DNA of 11,547 bases from Gemmatimonadota bacterium (lineage in GTDB: Bacteria > Gemmatimonadota > Gemmatimonadetes > Gemmatimonadales > GWC2-71-9): the NCBI GenBank assembly GCA_039591655.1, contig JBDHDE010000090.1:1-11547 (forward strand), read 5' to 3'. The translations under genes were made by a program, and so were the position numbers. The notes under the pieces were generated by a model. That model saw only the letters and a list, made by a program, of their open reading frames with translations, searched no databases and had not been told where the DNA came from. Shown here piece after piece: positions 5,901-11,547 of this stretch; positions within the stretch are counted from its first letter, which is position 1, and the number at the start of each line of letters is the position of its first letter.

Positions 5901-8285
5901 ACGGCGCGCGGGCGCCTGGACCGTCGCACCTCGGTCACCCTGACCTACGACTCCCGCCGGGTCGACGGCGGTCGCGGCGCGTTCGGCCGCGACGTCAACC
6001 CGTTGGACGAGGCGCAGGATCCGATCTTCGGGGACGCCAGCCAGGTTCGCACGGTGAGCGCTTCCCGCGAGGTGTTCTCCGCCCGCATCGAGCGCGGCTT
6101 CGACTGGCTGGCGGCCGGCGACGTGAGCACCAGCGATTTCTCCGCAGGCCTGAGGCTGAACGCCTACCAGCGCTCCCTCTCCGGCGGCGCGGCCCGGATC
6201 ACCACGGGTCCGGTGGTGTGGCGCGGCTTCGGGAGCCTCACCAGCCAGCACATCGCCCAGACACAGATCCGAGGCGACGGGATCTCCGGACCGTATCAGC
6301 TAGCGCTGAACATCCTTCCCGGGACCGACCGAGTCGTCATCGAGACCCGGGCCCGGGAGAACGCCGAGCGCGTCCTGAGCCAGCAGGCGGTGACGCGCCA
6401 CATCGACTATCAGATCGACTACGAGCGGGGCACGCTGATGTTCAAGCGGCCGGTGCCCGCAGCCGATCCCTATGAGAACCCGGTCTTCATCATGGTGACG
6501 TACGAGGCCCAGGGCGGCGGCGAAGACCGCCTGGTGGCCGGTGCCCGGGCGACGTTCGACGCCGGCCGCCTGATCGACGCACCAGGGCTGAGGACCTTCG
6601 AGTTCGGCGTTACCGGCGTCCGCTCCGACGAGCCCACTGGCGCGCACTATCTGGCGGGCGCCGACCTGCGGATGGTGCACACACGGGCCGTGACCCTCGG
6701 TGCGGAGGTCTCCTACTCCGAGACCCCCGACTCCAGCGGCTATGCCGTCGCCGCGGACGGAGAGGTCCGGTTCCTCAGTGGCCACGTGAGCCTGAACGGC
6801 CGCTACATGCGGGTGGACCCGGGGTTCGGCAACCCGTCGAACGTCGGGGTCGTGGCAGGCACCGAGGAGTATGGCTTCGGCGGCGGGCTCAAGTTCGGGC
6901 CCACCCGGCTCCGGGCATCGCACCAGCGCCAGCGCTTCACGCTGCAGGGTGTGGAGCGGTCGCGCACCACGATGGGCATCGAGCAGTCGGTGGGGCGGCA
7001 CCTGAGCCTGGACCTCACCGGCAGCGACGACCGGTTCAGCACCGGTGGCGGCACCGACATCTCGCAGGCCGGCGAGGCGGTGCTCACGTTCTCGCCCATC
7101 TCGAACCTCAGGCTCTGGACCGAGGGCCGCTACCAGTTCAAGCAGGAGGGCAACCTGGTGCTCCCGGACCATCTGGGCGGCGGCGCTGCCTGGCGGGTGA
7201 GCCGCGGAGTGAGCCTCGAGGGCCGCTTCCGCCGGGTCCACCTGCCCGACGGCTCCACTAGCTACTCGGTGGCCAACCTCGGCGTCCAGACCGACCTCGG
7301 CTTCGGCACCAGGGCCTGGGGCAAGTACCGGCTGGCGGGCGGCGCCTCGGGCAGCCACAGCGCCGCGGTGATCGGTCTCAACAACCAGCTGCGCCTCGGC
7401 TCGGCCCTGCAGCTGAACACCATGTTCGAGCGCCGCTTCGGCCTGAGCAGCGCGCCCATCGAGGACCCGGTCCGGGCCCTCCCGTTCGTCCAGGCGGAGG
7501 AGGACTACTGGAGCGCCGGCCTCGGAATCGAGCTGGTGCCGACCAACGGCCCGTACCGCCTCTCCGCCCGCGGCGAGTACCGGGACGGCGATTTCCTCTC
7601 CTCCCAGCTGGCGACGCTGGGTGGCGAGGTCGCGATCAGCCGTTCATTCGCGATTCTGTCGCGCAACGAGTACGTGCGCACCGAGCGCGCCGTGGCCGGC
7701 GGGCCCGGCGAGAGCCGCCGCATCTGGTCCCTGTGGGGTCTCGCCCTGCGGCCCATCAAGACCGACGCAGTCAACATCCTGGGCAAGTTCTCCTGGGTCG
7801 AGGAAGAGAACCCCCTGGGCGGCGGCGTGCTGACACAGGTGGGCGAGGAGCAGCGCATCATCGCAGCAGGCGAGATCATCTTCGCCCCGTTCGCCTCCAC
7901 GGAGCTGGCCGGTCGCTACGCCTACCGGCGGACCCAGGCAGACGCAGTGGTGCAGGACAGCCTGCTCCAGCAGCGCACGTCACACGCCGACTACATCGGC
8001 GCCCGGTTCAGCCAGTACTTCACCCGCTGGCTCGGTGTCCGGGCCGAGGGCCGCTACCTGTACGAGCGCACCAGCCGCGCCCAGCGCTGGGACGCCGCGC
8101 CTTCGCTGGTGCTCCGGCTGATCGAGGGTGTCGAGGTTGAGGGCGGCTACCGGTTCGGCGACCTGCGGGACCCGGACTTCTCGGTGCGCGGCGGCCACGG
8201 CTGGTTCATCACCTTCAGCGCCCGGATCACCGAGCAGATCTTCCCCACCGCCCTGGACTTCTGGCGGCCCCGCTTCAGCCGCTGA
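2904..8285 (+). CDS. Large multidomain outer-membrane protein (1793 aa): DUF11 x2, SdrD-B-like domain, OmpA/MotB-like peptidoglycan-binding domain, further Ig-like domains, large C-terminal beta-barrel
   Basis: Signal ending VELRA|Q36; DUF11 motifs at about 3102-3420 and 3438-3800; IGKVWLDLDADGYQDSDEQGVAGV...TTDSEGKFSY (SdrD-B-like, from 3828); FESGRA...IAGHAD..P....NWELSSARA...GRG..EPVA...NRRAEV (OmpA-C/MotB-like, about 4227-4550); LMADGHS...VRVLDAWGVPV (Big_1/invasin-like, about 5510-5830); about 800 C-terminal residues of Gly/aromatic-rich alternating amphipathic strands. Confidence 0.9.
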   Translation: MSRRSRRMGFSHLARRAVQLFVLAAAVCGPVELRAQTVVSNTAGVFYGTLAGPDSSFSNAANTNLMARIGEELEYTIQFDNGSATTEARSVQLVDTLPTGLEYVSATPAAVISGQVLTWDLGDVAPGASAQVVLRVRVTQDVRDTLRVRNVAVLGALNAPAELAIAPEVELLGPDASLLGIEKTADVVEVGLGETVPYTITLENTGVVPVSDLRIHDSLPAGVEFSGGSLLGADSMQLSGRELIFYVAGPLDPGETVSVHYAAAVVSPETDVIENRAYATAENNLVVSEPVVAWVRVRTSYPMETRTAIGKVWLDLDADGYQDSDEQGVAGVDIWTDDGEVSTTDSEGKFSYPNVRPGHHAFRLDRSRSTVPASYRVDEDIVVLDADGWTSPRITFRLVPAEAFVSQVQLPVSWRLHARPVHETLVPQGAPREEDRVTLARFESGRAQPILAFESRRFQARLAQLLEARRDCRLEIAGHADYRPILRGPYRDNWELSSARADSLAAYLEALGLAAGQVSTEGRGINEPVAAGRDPVSLQLNRRAEVQLVCPGVDALTAEAQTVEYEALITNPFDVPVSGIAVRFEPAPDSAVVLLGDSILGRFAGERVDLPLVPPQAELLVRAWAPAGADSIAAVLENVGRQPERLLAQVHNPIVEYEATSLGSAVVDSALPPTVAPLGTTIDIVLQPEPAGWPAVTYPLPEGWQFVPGSARIGGEQAPEPKVEQDRTGAPVLAWHLRDREMQPLTITLVMGNAIPVMEEVAIPALRTAADREADAANAFLAGPAVSFFNPADGSVLASDRLFVGVKGEAGQPVVLLDGDSVIGEAVLRPDGVHDFIGVPLSRGPHRLRVRMHNSWNQDRWDSLDVHVTGLPAQFEAPRRVELMADGHSMTHVRVRVLDAWGVPVVHPTAVTVSAEGAEPVGDDADHSSVGHQIRTNAAGWLTVALTPGRNVGPGLLTLTYGDVISDVELELIAAARPLMLTGVGRIGVGAAPDAMGTITARGRLDRRTSVTLTYDSRRVDGGRGAFGRDVNPLDEAQDPIFGDASQVRTVSASREVFSARIERGFDWLAAGDVSTSDFSAGLRLNAYQRSLSGGAARITTGPVVWRGFGSLTSQHIAQTQIRGDGISGPYQLALNILPGTDRVVIETRARENAERVLSQQAVTRHIDYQIDYERGTLMFKRPVPAADPYENPVFIMVTYEAQGGGEDRLVAGARATFDAGRLIDAPGLRTFEFGVTGVRSDEPTGAHYLAGADLRMVHTRAVTLGAEVSYSETPDSSGYAVAADGEVRFLSGHVSLNGRYMRVDPGFGNPSNVGVVAGTEEYGFGGGLKFGPTRLRASHQRQRFTLQGVERSRTTMGIEQSVGRHLSLDLTGSDDRFSTGGGTDISQAGEAVLTFSPISNLRLWTEGRYQFKQEGNLVLPDHLGGGAAWRVSRGVSLEGRFRRVHLPDGSTSYSVANLGVQTDLGFGTRAWGKYRLAGGASGSHSAAVIGLNNQLRLGSALQLNTMFERRFGLSSAPIEDPVRALPFVQAEEDYWSAGLGIELVPTNGPYRLSARGEYRDGDFLSSQLATLGGEVAISRSFAILSRNEYVRTERAVAGGPGESRRIWSLWGLALRPIKTDAVNILGKFSWVEEENPLGGGVLTQVGEEQRIIAAGEIIFAPFASTELAGRYAYRRTQADAVVQDSLLQQRTSHADYIGARFSQYFTRWLGVRAEGRYLYERTSRAQRWDAAPSLVLRLIEGVEVEGGYRFGDLRDPDFSVRGGHGWFITFSARITEQIFPTALDFWRPRFSR

Positions 8286-8317
8286 TCTCAGGCCGACCTT
8301 CGTGAGGTAGGATGGCC

Positions 8318-8337
8318 GTGACGGGATGGCCCGTCAC
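8318..8337. terminator. Inverted repeat after the operon, possible terminator between convergent genes
   Basis: GTGACGGG-ATGG-CCCGTCAC, a perfect 8-bp stem starting 33 nt after TGA 8285 and overlapping the stop of the minus-strand ORF; no clear U-tract. Confidence 0.45.
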
Positions 8338-8531
8338 TGGTCTCGTTCCGCCGTCTCCTCCCGCGCTCTCCGCGCAGCATCTAGGGTTCGGATCTCCCCC
8401 GCGACCAGCTCGCTGAACTGGGTCAGCGTGCGGCTGAGGGCCGCAACCTTGGCACCGGTAGTGGCCGACTCGGCGGGCTCAGTGAAGCGGCTCACGCCGT
8501 GGCCCCGCCGACACACGACGTCTATCTTCAC
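8334..8531 (-). pseudogene. Probable 3' remnant of a PqiC/ABC-transport auxiliary lipoprotein-like gene (or a small hypothetical protein)
   Basis: SRFTEPAESATTGAKVAALSRTLTQFSELVAGEIRTL resembles the last strand plus amphipathic helix of PqiC-family proteins as I recall them. No signal peptide or lipobox, and an in-frame TGA lies immediately before the GTG at 8531. Resemblance judged by eye. Confidence 0.4.
8523..8528 (+). promoter_or_regulatory. Candidate sigma70-type -10 element for the M24 peptidase gene
   Basis: TATCTT (TAnnnT) 30 nt upstream of ATG 8559 in GC-rich DNA; the same hexamer precedes the next gene; no good -35 element. Confidence 0.35.
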
Positions 8532-8558
8532 TCACGCCCCGATCCGAGAGCTATCACG

Positions 8559-9914
8559 ATGCTGTCACGAAGCTGGCTCCTAGTGTTTCCCGCTGCGCTC
8601 CTCGCTGCCCCGGCTGCCGCCCAGACCGTCACGCCCGAGCGCCCCTTCGGCACGCTGCGGGAACAGGCGGCCGTGCAACAAGCGTGGCTTGAGGAGCGCC
8701 TCGAGACCGTGCTCCCCCGCCTCATGCGGGAGTACGACGTCCAGATGTGGATTATCCCCATGCGGGAGTACAACGAGGACCCCCTCTTCAAGGCGCTGGC
8801 AGCGCCCACCGGCTTCGCCGCTCGGCGGCGCACGGTATTCATCTTCTTCGACCGCGGGCCGGAGGAGGGTGTGGAGCGGCTCACCATCGGCGGAGGCTCG
8901 CAGGGCGGCGTGTACGAGGTGATCCGCGAGACCGAGCAGGCGCCCGACGGCCGCCCCAGGGAGTTCTGGGGCCAGGACCAGTGGCAGGTGGTGGCCAAAG
9001 CCATCCGGGAGCGGGACCCCAGGAACATCGCGGTCAACATCTCCCGCGATCTCAGGTTCGCCGACGGGCTGAGCGCCGGCGAGTGGGAGCAGCTCCAGGA
9101 GGCGTTGGGCCCCGACCTGCTCTCACGGGTGGTGCGGGCCGAGCAGATGGCCCTGGACTACCTCGCCATCCGCGTGCCGGCGATGGATTCCACCTACCGC
9201 CGGATGGAGCAGCTGGTGCACGAGCTCATCGCCACCATGTTCTCCAGCGAGGTGATCACCCCCGGGGTCACGACCACCGAGGACGTGCGCTGGTGGTTCC
9301 GCCAGCGTCTCAACGATCTCGGCCTCGGCACCTGGTTCCACGCGTCGGTGGGCATCCAGCGACGGGGGACGAGCATGGCCGACTCGACCGACCCCGTGAT
9401 CCAGCGCGGCGACGTGCTCCACTGCGACGTGGGCGTTACCGCCCTGCGGCTCAACACCGACACCCAGCACATGGGCTACGTGCTGCGGGAGGGGGAGACC
9501 GACGCCCCAGCGGGACTCGAGGAGGCGCTGTACAATGCCAACCGGCTGCAGGACATCCTGCTCGCCGAGATGCGCCCGGGTCGCACCGGCAACGAGATCC
9601 TCTTCTCCGCCCTGGAGGCGATGCGGCAAGCAGGGATCGATGGCACGATCTACACCCACTCCATCGGCGAGCACGGCCACGGAGCGGGCCCCCTCATTGG
9701 GCTGTGGGATCGGCAGGACGGCGCGCCGGGTCGTGGCGACGTCACACTGCGGGCCGGCACCTGGCACTCCATCGAGCTTCAGGCCACGACGCCCGTGCCG
9801 GAGTGGGACGACCAGCGGGTCCGCATGATGCTGGAGGAGGAGGCGGCGCTCACGCCGCAGGGCGAGATGCGCTGGGTGCTGCGGCGCCAATCCGCGCTGC
9901 ACCTGGTGCGGTAG
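8559..9914 (+). CDS. Exported M24-family metallopeptidase (Xaa-Pro aminopeptidase-like), 451 aa
   Basis: ATG 8559 (GAGAG upstream) gives the Sec signal MLSRSWLLVFPAALLAAPAAA|Q, preferred over the GTG at 8499. Pita-bread-fold metal ligands appear in order: GDVLHCDVG, NTDTQH, YTHSIGEHGH, SIEL, LEEE. Confidence 0.9.
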   Translation: MLSRSWLLVFPAALLAAPAAAQTVTPERPFGTLREQAAVQQAWLEERLETVLPRLMREYDVQMWIIPMREYNEDPLFKALAAPTGFAARRRTVFIFFDRGPEEGVERLTIGGGSQGGVYEVIRETEQAPDGRPREFWGQDQWQVVAKAIRERDPRNIAVNISRDLRFADGLSAGEWEQLQEALGPDLLSRVVRAEQMALDYLAIRVPAMDSTYRRMEQLVHELIATMFSSEVITPGVTTTEDVRWWFRQRLNDLGLGTWFHASVGIQRRGTSMADSTDPVIQRGDVLHCDVGVTALRLNTDTQHMGYVLREGETDAPAGLEEALYNANRLQDILLAEMRPGRTGNEILFSALEAMRQAGIDGTIYTHSIGEHGHGAGPLIGLWDRQDGAPGRGDVTLRAGTWHSIELQATTPVPEWDDQRVRMMLEEEAALTPQGEMRWVLRRQSALHLVR

Positions 9915-9967
9915 GCTCGCGGGGCCGTCCTCTCGCGTCGGGCGTCGCACCCCCGCGGACACCTGGG

Positions 9968-10006
9968 TATCTTTAGGGCCGGCCGCCCGGACCGGTTAGG
10001 GCGGCC
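9968..10006 (+). promoter_or_regulatory. Candidate -10 element (TATCTT) followed by a GC-rich hairpin
   Basis: TATCTT at 9968-9973; GGCCGCCC(9981-88)/GGGCGGCC(9999-10006) perfect 8-bp stem. It could be a 5'-UTR hairpin of the S46 gene or a 3' structure of the M24 gene. Confidence 0.4.
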
Positions 10007-10075
10007 TCACCTTCGCACCTGCAGCAACTGCGGTTGGGAGCTAGATGGGGAGTTGGACTTACCAGTGAGGATTCC

Positions 10076-11547
10076 ATGAACAGACACAAGTTCTACGGCC
10101 TTGCGGCCTTGGCCCTGTTTGCGGTGGGCTGCGCCTCAAGCGGCCAGCAGACAGCCACGCAGGCGATGCCGGCGGCGGCGCCAGAGAAGATGGCAGTCGC
10201 GGCCGAACTGGCCATCAAACCGATCGAGCCGCATCGCTTCGACATGGGCAAGATGTGGACCTTCGAGAACGCCCCGGTGGACTACTTCGAGGAGGCCTAT
10301 GGGTTCCGCGCCACCGATGAGTGGCTGGAGACGGCGCGCATGGCCGCGCTGCGGATTCCCGGCTGCACGGCGTCGTTCGTGTCCGCCAATGGCCTGGTGA
10401 TGACCAACCATCACTGCGGCCGGGGCCACGTCTCGCGGGTGACCCGCGAGGGCGAGAACCTGCTGGACGAGGGGTTCTACGCCGAGACGCTCGAGGACGA
10501 GCGCCAGGCACCCAACATGTGGGCCGACCAGATGATCGTGCTGGAGGACGTCACTCAGCTGGTGCGCTCCGCCATCGATCCGACGGCTACCGATGACCAG
10601 CAGGTGGAGGCCCGGGATGCCCGGATGGAGGCAGTCGGTGACAGCGCCAGCGTGGCGCACGACCTGCAGTGCAGCGTGACAGAGCTGTACAACGGCGGCA
10701 AGTACTCGATGTACTGCTTCAAGCGGTACACCGACGTGCGGCTGGTCATGGCCCCCGAGCTCCAGATCGGGTACTTCGGCGGCGACCCCGACAACTTCAC
10801 CTACCCGCGGTACAACCTGGACTTCACGTTCTTCCGCGTGTACGAGAACGGCGAGCCCGTTACGCCGCAGACCTACTTCGAGTTCGACACCGACGGCGTG
10901 GCCGAGGGCGACGCGGTCTTCGTGATCGGGAACCCCGGCTCCACGGAGCGTTTGAGCACCTTCGCCCAGCTCGAGTTCAACCGGGATTACCGCGAGCCGT
11001 TCATCACGCGGCTGCTCCAGAGCCGGACGGACATCCTGAAGATGTACATGGAACACCACCCGGAGGAGCGCGCCAATTACATCAACCAGTGGTTCGGCTG
11101 GATGAACAGCTTCAAGCTGTATGCCGGCCGCACTAAGGCGCTGAACGATCCGGAGATCATGGGCCGCAAGCTGGGCTGGGAGATGCAGTTCCGGCAGGCG
11201 ATCCAGAGCAACCCCTCCCTCAACCGGCAGTACGGCACCCTGTGGGACGAGATCGCACAGCTGCGCGAGGAGATGGGCCAGCACTATCCGGTGCTGATGG
11301 CTCTGGCCACAGGCGGCGGGATCCGGGCCCGGACCCTGGGCACCGCGGCGCAGATGGTGCAGTACGCACAGATGGTCCAGGCGGGTGGCCCGGAGGACGA
11401 GGCACAGCAGCTGCGGGCGCGGATCGAGGGCGCCGAGATCAACACCGACCTCGACGGCCACATGCTGGAGGCGCAGATCGCCGACGTGGCACACCTGCTG
11501 GGGGCCAGCGATCCCTTCACACAGATGGTCCTGCAGGGTCGCAGCCC
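10076..11547 (+). CDS. S46-family dipeptidyl peptidase (DPP7/DPP11-like), predicted lipoprotein; 3'-truncated by the window end
   Basis: Absent from the ORF track because it has no stop in the window. GAGGA RBS at 10067-71; [19 protein letters not shown]19 lipobox; S46 motifs [25 protein letters not shown] (catalytic His), [34 protein letters not shown] (catalytic Asp), [12 protein letters not shown]. The catalytic Ser lies beyond the window. Confidence 0.93.
   Translation, partial: MNRHKFYGLAALALFAVGCASSGQQTATQAMPAAAPEKMAVAAELAIKPIEPHRFDMGKMWTFENAPVDYFEEAYGFRATDEWLETARMAALRIPGCTASFVSANGLVMTNHHCGRGHVSRVTREGENLLDEGFYAETLEDERQAPNMWADQMIVLEDVTQLVRSAIDPTATDDQQVEARDARMEAVGDSASVAHDLQCSVTELYNGGKYSMYCFKRYTDVRLVMAPELQIGYFGGDPDNFTYPRYNLDFTFFRVYENGEPVTPQTYFEFDTDGVAEGDAVFVIGNPGSTERLSTFAQLEFNRDYREPFITRLLQSRTDILKMYMEHHPEERANYINQWFGWMNSFKLYAGRTKALNDPEIMGRKLGWEMQFRQAIQSNPSLNRQYGTLWDEIAQLREEMGQHYPVLMALATGGGIRARTLGTAAQMVQYAQMVQAGGPEDEAQQLRARIEGAEINTDLDGHMLEAQIADVAHLLGASDPFTQMVLQGRS

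Noticed and set aside
3435..7358. Long minus-strand ORFs 3435..5111 and 6300..7358
   Set aside because: Antisense shadows of the large CDS, typical of high-GC codon bias; no recognisable motifs.
5840..8285. TonB-dependent receptor, classical autotransporter, or a true type IX secretion SprA
   Set aside because: No recognisable plug or TonB box; the region is far longer than a 12-strand autotransporter barrel; only one short motif resembles SprA and no other T9SS genes are in the window.
8499..8558. Upstream GTG start for the M24 peptidase given by the ORF track
   Set aside because: It adds 20 polar residues before a clean signal peptide and overlaps the candidate promoter; ATG 8559 has an SD-like GAGAG.
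8747..9976. ORFs 8747..9976 (+) and 9123..9962 (-)
   Set aside because: Off-frame and antisense shadows of the M24 peptidase, with R/G/A/P-rich junk composition.
10136..11494. 452-aa minus-strand ORF
   Set aside because: Antisense shadow of the S46 peptidase, which has clear family motifs on the + strand.
1..11547. CRISPR arrays, tRNA/rRNA genes, IS elements, integrases or nucleotide-level tandem repeats
   Set aside because: None seen by eye; intergenic gaps are short and the repetition is at the protein-domain level only.

Overview
GC-rich window from a diderm bacterium (Gemmatimonadota-like by gene style; inference only). All intact genes are on the + strand. Bases 5-8285 form a tightly coupled five-gene operon: a 59-aa CxxC-CxxC zinc-ribbon protein (below the ORF-track cutoff), a small exported DUF11-like protein split by a frameshift near 465, two exported Ig-like/DUF11 proteins (415 and up to 308 aa), and a 1793-aa protein with DUF11 domains, an SdrD-B-like domain, an OmpA/MotB-like peptidoglycan-binding domain and a very large predicted outer-membrane beta-barrel. 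Main observation: the two mid-sized proteins end in a DUF11 domain that lacks its last two strands, a copy of those strands sits at their mature N-terminus, and each mature protein has exactly one lysine, at the DUF11 isopeptide position. This suggests a sortase-independent pilus or fibre built by donor-strand complementation, possibly locked by intermolecular Lys-Asn isopeptide bonds, with its own outer-membrane platform. Downstream lie a probable PqiC-like gene remnant (- strand), an exported M24 peptidase and a lipoprotein S46 dipeptidyl peptidase that runs off the window end. Family calls come from motif recognition by eye, not database searches.
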